Shown piece after piece: positions 36,770-49,090 of a DNA stretch of 64,000 nt; the first letter of the stretch is position 1, and every line of letters starts with the position of its first letter. The translations under genes were made by a program, and so were the position numbers. Source of the DNA: Octopus bimaculoides (taxonomy: Eukaryota). The stretch covers positions 96,982,039 to 97,046,038 of the forward strand of contig NC_068987.1 in the NCBI RefSeq assembly GCF_001194135.2, in the 5' to 3' direction. Below the pieces are notes generated by a model that worked only from the letters and a program-made list of their open reading frames with translations, did no database searches and was not told where the DNA came from.

Positions 36770-38030
36770 TTAGACCTCAACATTATAGGCACCATATGTT
36801 TTCAGAGTCTGTTGCTCAGCATTTGGGTTGACCTTGAAGATTTTTGCTGTACGTAGTTATATGTTGTTCACGAGTAGAGAAACTGCATCGTGTCGAGTGT
36901 CTTTGATGTGCTTAGTAATAATGAAAATGTCTGTGTTTTTGTATGAAACGAGATTATCATGTTTTGGAAGCATACAGAAATAAGCGGCCCATGCTGGTAG
37001 AGGGAACTATTTGAAGATGTTTTCAATTTCTGTATAGTGATAGACTTTATAGGCATGAGGTCTGTACGAGGAAGTTTATCGATGAATGAAAGTTGATACT
37101 ATCTGTATTGGACTGATTACGATTTTAAGTAACTCAATACGTCAATGTACTGAGTGAAGAGTGTATGATATATAATCGGCCTCTCATACATTCGTAATTT
37201 AATAGAGTGGAGGTTAGGGAAACCTCTGTCAGTATCTGCTCTGATGGAGATTTCCGCTAGGAAACCTATAGTGCAAGATATGATTGAAACGTTTCGGGCA
37301 ACTTTGCAAGTAGATTATTCTTTTCCATTCTTTTTTTTTGGAGAGGGGGCCAGTCGATTAGATCGACTCCAGTATGCAACGGGTACTTAATTTATCGATC
37401 CGAAAGGATGAAAGGCAAAGTCGACTTCGGCGGAATTTGAACTCAGAACGTAAAGACAGACGAAATACCGCTAAGCATTTCGCCCGGCGTGCTAACGTTT
37501 CTGCCAGCTCGCTGCCTTTCTTGCAAGTAGATTATTGTGCCAGGAATGGTCGAGGTTGGTGGCTCATTTAACCGCACCAGCATTGATTTTGTCGGAATTT
37601 AAAGAGTGTGAAGCAATTGATGTTTGATGAAAGGAAGCCAGTTTGTATGAACTCCATACAGAAAGTAAACGGGAAGAGAAAGAGANNNNNNNNNNNNNNN
37701 NNNNNNNNNNNNNNNNNNNNNNNNNNNNNNNNNNNNNNNNNNNNNNNNNNNNNNNNNNNNNNNNNNNNNNNNNNNNNNNNNNNNNNNNNNNNNNNNNNNN
37801 NNNNNNNNNNNNNNNNNNNNNNNNNNNNNNNNNNNNNNNNNNNNNNNNNNNNNNNNNNNNNNNNNNNNNNNNNNNNNNNNNNNNNNNNNNNNNNNNNNNN
37901 NNNNNNNNNNNNNNNNNNNNNNNNNNNNNNNNNNNNNNNNNNNNNNNNNNNNNNNNNNNNNNNNNNNNNNNNNNNNNNNNNNNNNNNNNNNNNNNNNNNN
38001 NNNNNNNNNNNNNNNNNNNNNNNNNNNNNN

Positions 38031-38081
<51 letters not shown>

Positions 38082-38360
38082 AATTTGAGGAGAATGGAAG
38101 CCTCCCCAGGAGCAACTGGCATCAAATATGGAAACTTTCTTCGTAAGGATAGCAGGTATAGAGCTAGCTTAACTGAGGAAAGGCAAATAGGACTATTTCA
38201 TAAATTTGGACGTTTCTTTCAGAAATGGGCTCGAATGTTCGGGATGTAATTTATAAAGGATGAGAGAGCTTTCTGAGATCGAAAACATCCATCTCTGAAT
38301 GGTGTATTTATACCTGTCTGGGTATTTGTGATGGTGGGTTTGCAATTCATGTCTGGAATT
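36770..38360 (-). pseudogene. Very old LINE reverse-transcriptase fossil (CR1/L2/I-like), interrupted
   Basis: Remnants F*KK..NSPICLSSV, IQTGF and QYID(V) in the expected RT motif order; interrupted by (GA)n/gap and a SINE. Confidence 0.4.
37340..37517 (-). mobile_element. SINE family A
   Basis: Near-consensus reverse complement. Confidence 0.85.
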
Positions 38361-38554
38361 GGTTGAAAGTAGAAGACAAATGTGTCCATATACTATATTT
38401 CTCGAGAAACTACTAATGACTCATAAGACATCAGTGTATGTCAGTGGTAGTAGTAGTAGTAGTAGTAGACGAAGACGGCAGATGATGAAAACAGGAAAAG
38501 AAGGAAGGATGAAAGGTGAAGCAGAAGAGGGGCGAAGATGTAGAAGTTAGGAGT

Positions 38555-38621
<67 letters not shown>

Positions 38622-38646
38622 NNNNNNNNNNGAGAGAAATATATAT

Positions 38647-38704
<58 letters not shown>

Positions 38705-39216
38705 TCTTTAAGTTAAGTTAGACATTAAAAAAATCAGTATCTAGACACGAACACACAGTTGTTTCATACGACCACAACTACAAAACGTCCAGTGTGCGAT
38801 GACATAACATCTACACATACAAACACACATATACGTCGAGACACCTAGTCTGACTACTCTGACTACAAACACCTTCCTAGTGTAGTCGGTACCAGACACT
38901 GTCAGAGCCAATCCTAATTGAAACAGCGCTTAGAACGGCGAGCTACAGAGAAATACTGCAACATTTGTCTACTTCCTCTAAAGAATTCTTATCACAGTTT
39001 TACCCCAAGTAAATTGAAGCCGAATATGGTAAAATATATTTTCTTCATGATGAGAGATTGGATATAATCACGATACTTTAATTTTTAGAATCTATTTGCT
39101 TATATTCTTCAATGTTCAATGCGAATTTCTAATAGCAAGAAATAATTGCAAACTTTTCAAGCTGTTAAACTTCTATTTTGCTGTTTGGTTCAATGATATA
39201 TCCCCTATTATTATTA

Positions 39217-39281
<65 letters not shown>

Positions 39282-40507
39282 GTTCAGTAGTTTTATTTTT
39301 ATAACGTGCTTTCACTTCACTACCGAGCGCAGCTCTGTGCGCCTTGGGTATGTGCTGTGGTTTGCTGTGGTGCTCTTATGGTTACTGTATTGAAAGTGTT
39401 TTGCGTAGGATGTGTGCAGTGCCCAGTAGTGCAATTTTCTGTATGTTATATATATTTGTAAGTCCTGGTGTTTTTGTTATGTATTTGTCTGAATATTTTT
39501 TTATTATACCTAAGGCACCTACTATGATAGNNNNNNNNNNNNNNNNNNNNNNNNNNNNNNNNNNNNNNNNNNNNNNNNNNNNNNNNNNNNNNNNNNNNNN
39601 NNNNNNNNNNNNNNNNNNNNNNNNNNNNNNNNNNNNNNNNNNNNNNNNNNNNNNNNNNNNNNNNNNNNNNNNNNNNNNNNNNNNNNNNNNNNNNNNNNNN
39701 NNNNNNNNNNNNNNNNNNNNNNNNNNNNNNNNNNNNNNNNNNNNNNNNNNNNNNNNNNNNNNNNNNNNNNNNNNNNNNNNNNNNNNNNNNNNNNNNNNNN
39801 NNNNNNNNNNNNNNNNNNNNNNNNNNNNNNNNNNNNNNNNNNNNNNNNNNNNNNNNNNNNNNNNNNNNNNNNNNNNNNNNNNNNNNNNNNNNNNNNNNNN
39901 NNNNNNNNNNNNNNNNNNNNNNNNNNNNNNNNNNNNNNNNNNNNNNNNNNNNNNNNNNNNNNNNNNNNNNNNNNNNNNNNNNNNNNNNNNNNNNNNNNNN
40001 NNNNNNNNNNNNNNNNNNNNNNNNNNNNNNNNNNNNNNNNNNNNNNNNNNNNNNNNNNNNNNNNNNNNNNNNNNNNNNNNNNNNNNNNNNNNNNNNNNNN
40101 NNNNNNNNNNNNNNNNNNNNNNNNNNNNNNNNNNNNNNNNNNNNNNNNNNNNNNNNNNNNNNNNNNNNNNNNNNNNNNNNNNNNNNNNNNNNNNNNNNNN
40201 NNNNNNNNNNNNNNNNNNNNNNNNNNNNNNNNNNNNNNNNNNNNNNNNNNNNNNNNNNNNNNNNNNNNNNNNNNNNNNNNNNNNNNNNNNNNNNNNTTTG
40301 TATTAGTTTTCCTTGCTTCTGGAGTAGGTATTTTTGCAGTCCTATGGTGGCTATTTTATAATAGTTTTCCAGCTGTATAAGACCCCTGCCATCTTCTGTG
40401 CGTTGTATATATAGCCTTTCTGTGTCAGATTTTGGGTGGTGCATCCTATATCCTGTCATTATTTTTCTTGTTTTCCTATCTATTTTAGATAGTTCGTTTA
40501 GTGTCCA

Positions 40508-40510
<3 letters not shown>
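39282..40510 (-). mobile_element. R4/Dong-type LINE, 5'-truncated, inserted in (TAA)n
   Basis: NWTLNELSKIDRKTRKIMTGYRMHHPKSDTERLYIQRTEDGRGLIQLE, gap, then IIVGALGIIKK..IALLGTAHILRKTLSIQ*; (TAA)n at both junctions. Confidence 0.9.
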
Positions 40511-40542
<32 letters not shown>

Positions 40543-40850
40543 AGGCGGCAGGTTGGCAGAATCGTTACCGCACGCGGAAAATGCTTAGCAGCATTTCGCC
40601 TATCTCTACGTTCCGAGACTTTGCCCTTCATCCTTTCGAAGTCGATAAAATAAGTACCAGTTGAGTTCTGGGGTCAATGTAACTGACTTAACCCCTTCCC
40701 CCGAACTTGCTGCATTGTGCTAGAATTTGAAACCATTATTATTAGTAGCAGTAGTAAGTTGGCGTGCTGGCAGAATCGTTCGCACGCCGGGTTACTTAAC
40801 GGTATTTCATCTGAGTTTATGTTTTGAGCTCAAATTCCGCCGAGGATTTT
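40543..40850 (+). mobile_element. SINE family A copy (40543-40735) plus a head fragment
   Basis: Head/core motifs. Confidence 0.7.
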
Positions 40851-41286
40851 AACTTGAAACCTAGAGAGATGTAGCTAACTACAAACTTCAAACAAAAATA
40901 GTTTTTTTCATTTCAAATTTGAGTTGTGTCCCTTGACAATTTGTTTTTTAATATTTTGGTAGTGCTCTACAATATTTGACTCGCATCGATATAGGTATAA
41001 TCACAATAAATTAAAGTTATCGAGCTTACCGCATTAAATAATCATATTAGCATTTACTTCTGCTTCAAGCGAACTACAATACTCTCGTAACTGTTAAGAG
41101 TTGTCTAATTCTCAGTGTTTTTTTTTTGTTTGCCTTTTCTTAAATTCGATTTATGTGTGTGTGTGTTTTCAACAAATTAGATCGAAATATTCAATCCTAC
41201 CGCTCTTGTCACTAGCTCTTCCTGCATCCCCAGATTTAGCCATAATGAACTAAGGGTAAATAAAGCAAAATCATAAGCAAATTTGT

Positions 41287-41356
<70 letters not shown>

Positions 41357-41781
41357 ACACACACACAGACACACACAAAATTCTGTAGAAAGCAATCAAA
41401 CGTTTTGACATACAAAGTCTTCTTTTGATCATCGTTGCCGGCTGTAACTCCCCCACCATTTCATGTGTTTCCTCGTATTATAGAAATAACCCTACTGCAT
41501 GCAATTTACATCCAAGCATTACCGTATTTACTTGTTGAAAAGATATGATAACTTTACAATGGCGGATTCGAATGACAGAAAGGATATAAATTCTTTGAAT
41601 AAGAGCTCCTGCTCGAAGCGTCAGAAACCACCTCACTTCTCATGAAGTCCAACTTATCTCACGGATTAATTTAGAAAGGAATACTTAGCGATCAACTGAA
41701 GTTTAAGATGATATAGTTTTTACACTGCTAGACTCACGCGGGATCAATCTCTGCTTCTTTATCTCCTGTGTCTATTGCACG

Positions 41782-41832
<51 letters not shown>

Positions 41833-42404
41833 ACACAAATACTTTATCGTCATAACCATAGTATTAATCTTTTATGACGATATACAATTGTGATCAACTA
41901 ATGATTTTATTTACTTACCTAACAAATCAATGTCAGCCCACACACACACACGCATACATGTGTTGAAGTAATATGGTGCTATAAAATTAGAGTATGGATT
42001 TAGCACATAAATTTCGTAAAGTAGATAACGTATTGCCACGAATAAGATAATGTAAACATAGGACATTGAGAGAAAGAGAAAGAGGGGGAAGAAGAAAGAG
42101 AGAGCGCGGGGTGGGGGGGAGAAAAAGAATAAAGAAAAGCATAACCACCTTCTCGAACTAATGGACCCTACTTAAATCAATACAGATATAAAAACGATGT
42201 TTATTTCTCTACCAATAGAAAATTGATCCAACTGTCAATAGAAAATTTATCTATCGAAGGGTCGAAACCTTAATAGGTAATTTTTCTTCTATATGAGAAG
42301 AAAATGGGTAAAAAAAAAAGAAATGAAGAAAGTGGTCAAGAAAAGGAAATAAAGAAAAGTAAGATGAACGAGGGGATATTTTGAAAAGATGTTTGTAGGT
42401 AAAA

Positions 42405-42532
42405 GCATGGCTGTGTAGTTTACAAGCTCGTTTTGCAGCTACGTGGATTCACGTTCAGTCTCAATGCGCAGGACCTTAGCCAAGTGTCTTCTGATATAGC
42501 CCCGGAACGATCAATGCTTTGTTTGTGAATTT
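42405..42532 (+). mobile_element. SINE family B head, truncated by the Dong insertion
   Basis: GCATGGCTGTGT..GGACCTTAGCCAAGTGTCTTC; homology stops at GTGAATTT. Confidence 0.7.
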
Positions 42533-43820
42533 CAAAGAAACAGATATGAAATTTGGATTAGAAAAAAGTGCCAAAGCAACCCTGAAAAGAAGAAAACTAG
42601 TCAAGAGTAGCAACATCACACTAGATAAAGCCAATGAAATTAGAGAATTAGACCAAAGCCAAACATACAAATATTTAGGAATCAATGAACTAGATAGGAC
42701 ACAACACACACAAATGAAAGATAAATTAAAGAAAGAATACTATAGACGAGTTAGGTCAATACTGAAAACAGAGCTCAATGCTAAAAACAAGATAATAGGT
42801 ATTAACACTTTAGCCGTCCCAGTTATAAGTTACAGCTACAATATCCTTAACTGGACACTAAATGAACTAGCCAAAATAGACAGGAAAACAAGAAAAATAA
42901 TGACAGGATCTAGGATGCAAATAAATGCAAATACTGGGCAAATAAATGCAAAAGAAATAGACAGAGAAAAATCCCAGCAATGGTTGAGAAGCTCAGGACT
43001 CAAAGCAGAGACTGAAGAATTTTTAATTGTAGCACAAGCCCAAAGCCCCCCCCCACCACCACGACCACCAGAAATTACCAAAAACATATAATGAAAAGAA
43101 ACATAACAAGTAACTGTAGAATATGTGGAGATGGACAAGAAACAATAAACCATATTATCTCTGGCTGCCCAGTCCTGGCTAAGAAGGAATATATTCACAG
43201 ACACGACAGAGCTGGGACCTACAANNNNNNNNNNNNNNNNNNNNNNNNNNNNNNNNNNNNNNNNNNNNNNNNNNNNNNNNNNNNNNNNNNNNNNNNNNNN
43301 NNNNNNNNNNNNNNNNNNNNNNNNNNNNNNNNNNNNNNNNNNNNNNNNNNNNNNNNNNNNNNNNNNNNNNNNNNNNNNNNNNNNNNNNNNNNNNNNNNNN
43401 NNNNNNNNNNNNNNNNNNNNNNNNNNNNNNNNNNNNNNNNNNNNNNNNNNNNNNNNNNNNNNNNNNNNNNNNNNNNNNNNNNNNNNNNNNNNNNNNNNNN
43501 NNNNNNNNNNNNNNNNNNNNNNNNNNNNNNNNNNNNNNNNNNNNNNNNNNNNNNNNNNNNNNNCATCACAGCAAACCACAGCACATACCCAAGGCACATA
43601 CCCAAGGCACATACCCAAGGCACATACCCAAGGCACCTATTATCGTGTTTTTAGCATTGAGCTCTGTTTTCAGTATTGATCTAACTCGTCTATAATATTC
43701 TTTCTTTAATTTCTCTTTCATTTGTGTGTGTTGTGTCCTATCTAGTTCATTGATTCCTAAATATTTGCACACAGAGTTGCGCTCGGTAGTGAAGTGAAAG
43801 CACGTCATAAAAATAAAACT
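42533..43820 (+). mobile_element. R4/Dong-type LINE, 5'-truncated, internally deleted and rearranged
   Basis: MKFGLEKSAK..TYKYLGI..INTLAVPVISYS, SQQWLRSSGLKAETE, CRICGDGQETINHIISGCP..RHD (CCHC knuckle); 3'UTR ends in (TAA)n. Confidence 0.92.
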
Positions 43821-43822
43821 AA

Positions 43823-43861
<39 letters not shown>

Positions 43862-43865
<4 letters not shown>

Positions 43866-44431
43866 GTCCTTATGCAGTACCAAGCAGTGGATCTTTTGGA
43901 TTCTGATCTTAACTGATTGGAAGTGTTATCATGTACATTGTTTTGCCTTAGTATAAAACATGGGTTCCATGGTATAAAAGATAGTATCCTGCTCAATACC
44001 ACAGATTTTCTTGTCAGTTGTTTGACCTTAACCAGTTGAGCATGTCCCTTGGTGGCTGACGATATGTGCATCTCTGATCACGAGCAGAAGTAGTTGGCGG
44101 GGCAGCATAGCCATGTGTTGAGATGAATTCTATGGGGTTTGAATAATTCACTTTTGGAAACACGGGTGTTTTATTTTAAAATCCTTAAACAACCCTTATT
44201 CCGGGACCTTTTGAGCGGGATGAGCTACGCTACACGAGGAAAATTCTAACTGGGCCCCACCTGCAAGGTCATGCGCTGTTTAGCTTGATATGAGATCACC
44301 ATGTTGCGCACATATGGATGTAATGCATGTGCCTGGTGTACCCTTATCAGACGGGTAGTCCTGATGGGTATACTGGGCTTCGTATATTTTACCCCAGTAT
44401 CACTTTGATGGCATGCACTGCTTTCTCACTC
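43862..44431 (+). mobile_element. ~570-bp (TAA)n-embedded element, copy 4 (complete)
   Basis: AAATG.CC..ATGCAGTACCA.GCAGTGG ... GATGGCATGCACTGCTTTCTCACTC; (AAT)n on both flanks; directly follows the Dong tail. Confidence 0.9.
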
Positions 44432-44511
<80 letters not shown>

Positions 44512-45656
44512 CAACAACAACAATACTAATAATATGTGCTAGGTTTGATTTGCTCGACGAATCCTTACAGGCGGTGCCACAATGTGGCCGCTGTCCAATG
44601 ACTAAAGCAAATATTAGACAGAAGATGGTAAAAATATTAAAAGTAATTAACTTCTCTCATTTTGTGGAAAATATCTGCGGCAATCAGTGTTTTGTCATCG
44701 AGTCATAATAAAAAAAATAACGTTACCCTTTTCAGCAACCGATATACTACAACGCAGTAGAAATCAACAATGAAGCCATTCCATCGTTCTGTTCGTTAGA
44801 AATAGTAGCCAAAAACTTCCTATTTCGACTTTAAAAAATGAAGAGAAGAAAACACTAGCCAATCAAGAACTGGATGCAATGTCTAAAAGACGGAAGATGC
44901 GATGATTTCGACTGGAAATTTTTGCTCATAGATCAGGTATAATCAACCTTTTTCGACTCGGTGCGTCATTCAAAAAAACTCTGCAAGCCGCAGAATAAAG
45001 GCTGTCAACAACATCACTACTACTACTACTACCACTACCAGAAAAAAAGAAAAGAAACGAAAAAATAAGTGCAACAACATCGACAACAGGAAATATTAAA
45101 GTAGATCAGCTTGAAGAAATTAGTACACAGAAGGAACAAGCGGTCCTTGTTGGAAGAAAGAAAAAAAGTTCAAGACAGCAGCGCCAGTTAAGTACTGCAG
45201 TTGATTTAATATGCCTTCCTATAATGCATCGTGGAATTGTATGAGAAGATTAAGACAAATAAAAACTATTTCATGTTCTACTGCACAAATAATCCACGTT
45301 GACCACAAGTCGAGGCTGATAATGCGTTGAAATAACACGCAGAAAAAATATTTAACAGCGTTTATACAAAAGTTGCCAAACATGTTTTAGTTTTCTCACT
45401 CAGTCACGCTCTCACCAAGTCTTATGTTCACTTCCCTTCCTACTTCTCTCTCTCTCTCTCTCGTTCTCTACTTCTTTTTATACAAACACAAGCGAGCGCT
45501 CAAAAACAAACTTTTAAATTTGGTAAGTTATAGATAAGAACGTCATTGCTTCGAGTTGCGTTAGCGTTGAGAGAGAAGTGGGTACGTGAATTTGGTGGAG
45601 AAACATGTAACCAATCGAAAGACACTGAAATGTGGACTGAGAGAGAAATAGAGACG

Positions 45657-45713
<57 letters not shown>

Positions 45714-46204
45714 ATAGAGACATGCATACATATAGACAGACAGAAAGATAGAAAGGACGAACGAACGAAAAAAAGAAAGGAAGAAAGAAAAAGGAGCGTG
45801 TGTGTGGAAGTGAACAGCTGTCGCAGCTTTTCATGGCAGATAAAAATAAAGATTTCTCATTATTTCCAACAAATAAAAACACACACATCCCTGCATGCTG
45901 GAGCATGTATGTATGTATGTATGTATGTATGTATGTATGTATGTATGTATGTATGTATGTTTGTACGTGTGTATGTATGTATGTATGTATGTATGTATGT
46001 GTGCATGTGTGCATGTGTGTCTATACAAGAATGTATATGTGTATATACGCATACACATACACACGAGGCATATGTCACAGGTCCACCCCATTACGTAATT
46101 ACTATAATCTGACCCAGTAAAACCTATGCCATTAATTTCCTGATGTACTATTAAGACCAATTATATAATATACATACACATGCATGCACACATGCTTGAA
46201 TACA

Positions 46205-46237
<33 letters not shown>

Positions 46238-46506
46238 GTGTGTGTGTGAGAGAGAGAGATAGTATGTGTGTGTGTGAGAGAGAGATAGTATGTGTGTGTG
46301 TGTGAATATATGCAAGTATATATATATATGTGCATGTGTGAGACTATATATATAAATTATATACGCATATATAATTTATATGTATAAATTGTATATACAT
46401 ATATAATTTATATATATAAATTGTATGTAGATATATCATTTATATATATATATATATATAAATTATATATGCATATATAATTATATATGCATATATAATT
46501 ATATAT

Positions 46507-47171
46507 ACATAAAAAAACTTGTTTGTTTTTATGTCTTTTGGATATATTTTTAGTGTTGCTTAATATGTTTTGCTAGAATTGCTATTTATTTTCAGATATC
46601 ATCAGAAAAAGGTAATTAAAATTCATTTAAATGACAGATCTGTCAGGACTTTGAAAGAGGTCAAATTGTTGGTGCTCGTATGGCAGGCGCTAGCGTAAAA
46701 AAAAACAGCCGAAATGTTTGGTGTATCAAGAAGTACTCTCTTGAAAGTAATGACAGCATTTGAGAAAGAGGGAAAAGCCTCTTTGTCGAAACAAAAATCC
46801 AGAAGAAAACCCAAACTTTCAGATAGGGACCATCAGACTCTTACGCGAATTGTTAGAAAGGATCACAAAAGTACAGCTCCCAAAATTACTGCCAGAGCTT
46901 AATGAGCACCTCGAGAACTCAGTTATCGCAAAAACTGTTCACCGGAGCTACACAAAGCCGGATTTCACGGGAGGGCTGCAACCAGAAAACCAATACTTTC
47001 AGAAACAAATGTTGCAATGGTATCTAGAGCAGTGGAAGAATGTTATTTTCTCGGACGAGTCATCCTTTACCTTATTTCGACCACCGGCTGAGTATACGTG
47101 TGGAGACAACCAAAAGAAGTGTTTGACCCAGACTGATTTCTTCCAACTGTTAAACATGCAGGAGGATCTGT
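46507..47171 (+). pseudogene. Tc1-like transposase fossil (paired-like HTH to the first catalytic Asp), runs into gap
   Basis: From ATG 46631, frameshifted: MTDLS.FERGQIVGARMAGAS..TAEMFGVSRST..RKPKLSDRD..EQWKNVIFSDESSF. Confidence 0.88.
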
Positions 47172-47699
47172 NNNNNNNNNNNNNNNNNNNNNNNNNNNNN
47201 NNNNNNNNNNNNNNNNNNNNNNNNNNNNNNNNNNNNNNNNNNNNNNNNNNNNNNNNNNNNNNNNNNNNNNNNNNNNNNNNNNNNNNNNNNNNNNNNNNNN
47301 NNNNNNNNNNNNNNNNNNNNNNNNNNNNNNNNNNNNNNNNNNNNNNNNNNNNNNNNNNNNNNNNNNNNNNNNNNNNNNNNNNNNNNNNNNNNNNNNNNNN
47401 NNNNNNNNNNNNNNNNNNNNNNNNNNNNNNNNNNNNNNNNNNNNNNNNNNNNNNNNNNNNNNNNNNNNNNNNNNNNNNNNNNNNNNNNNNNNNNNNNNNN
47501 NNNNNNNNNNNNNNNNNNNNNNNNNNNNNNNNNNNNNNNNNNNNNNNNNNNNNNNNNNNNNNNNNNNNNNNNNNNNNNNNNNNNNNNNNNNNNNNNNNNN
47601 NNNNNNNNNNNNNNNNNNNNNNNNNNNNNNNNNNNNNNNNNNNNNNNNNNNNNNNNNNNNNNNNNNNNNNNNNNNNNNNNNNNNNNNNNNNNNNNNNNN

Positions 47700-47730
<31 letters not shown>

Positions 47731-48192
47731 ATGCAGATATACTATGTCTATTTTTAGTTTATATGGTCCACAAGCGGTTAAGGTGCACTTTCGGGCATGT
47801 CACACATGGTCTCCCTGGTATTTCAGTACAACATAGCTACCTCATCGCTTCTGTGATTGTCTTTTTTAAGTGCGTTTACTGTTGCCGCTGTATCCTTTCA
47901 AATGCCATCGCAATTGATGTGTCTAACATGGCCATCGTACATCTTGAGAAGTCGTTCTTTCAGCTGTGTTTAAAATGAACAAACGTTCTTCCTTCGATTT
48001 GTACCCAAACTGTTTATTCTTACGCGCGCACGCACACACACACACAGATGCATACAAGCGCTCATGCATATATAATATATAGACACACATGCACAGAAAC
48101 ACATATAGCTCAGTTTTTATCTATTTATTTATCTATCTATCTATCTATATCTCCGTTCTTTCTTTCTTTCTTTCTACACATACGCACACGCA

Positions 48193-48296
<104 letters not shown>

Positions 48297-48794
48297 TATA
48301 TATCTATAAACATTTACACACTACTAAAGTGGGCGGTAGCATGTTTGATATGTTTATTATTCCATTAGAATTTTAATTAAAATTACACCCACAATGATGA
48401 GAAAACAATAACTATGTTAATGACTCATTTTTTGTAAGAGAAAACAAGGTAGACAACATCGAAATGTTTAATAAATCACTTGTAGACCGCAGTAGAGAGT
48501 GAGGTTAATCTTTAGCAGAACAATGATAAATCTAAGTATGTTTTCGCCTTATGTGTCATCATCGGTGAAGCATAGTCTTCATCCACAAGAAGCCCCTCCT
48601 CATTCTAGGATCTGTAGAAACGGTTAATTTAATTCGCTGATGAGGACTAAAAAGGGCGAAACACACCAAGCCCACTTCTCACTGCTTTTTCATATATAAT
48701 TAATTTAGTAATCTTGCTCAGCACAAACGTTTTCAAGACGTCCGGTATAAACGAATGAGACATAGGACATTAAACAGAGTTTTGCAAAAGCAAT

Positions 48795-49090
48795 CTGGGC
48801 AAGTGTCTCCTACAATATAGTCTCGGGCTGACCAAAGTCTTGTGAGTGGATTTGATAAACAGAAACTGAAAGAAGCTTGTCGCATACATATATATATATG
48901 TATGTATATATTTATGCGTGTGTGTGTGTCTTTGTATCTGTGTTTGTCCCCCCCCCACCACCACCACCACCATCACCGTTGCTTGACAACCAATGCCGGT
49001 GTGCTTACGCACCAGTTTCGTACTGGCGCTGATCTAATCGACTGATCCCCTTCCCCAAAATTTCGGGCCTTGTGCCTAGAGTAGAAAAGA
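48795..49090 (+). mobile_element. SINE family B central part joined to a family A tail
   Basis: GGGCAAGTGTCTCC..GAAACTGAAAGAAGC..GCTTGACAACC, then CTAATCGACTG..GGGCCTTGTGCCTAGAGTAGAAAAG. Confidence 0.7.

Noticed and set aside
47712-47978. 88-aa plus-strand ORF in unique sequence
   Set aside because: Starts within a (TA)n repeat; no recognisable motif or clear splice pair.
48637-48670. Hammerhead-like CTGATGAG...CGAAAC
   Set aside because: Stem II barely pairs, and there is no stem III/UH site or stem I.
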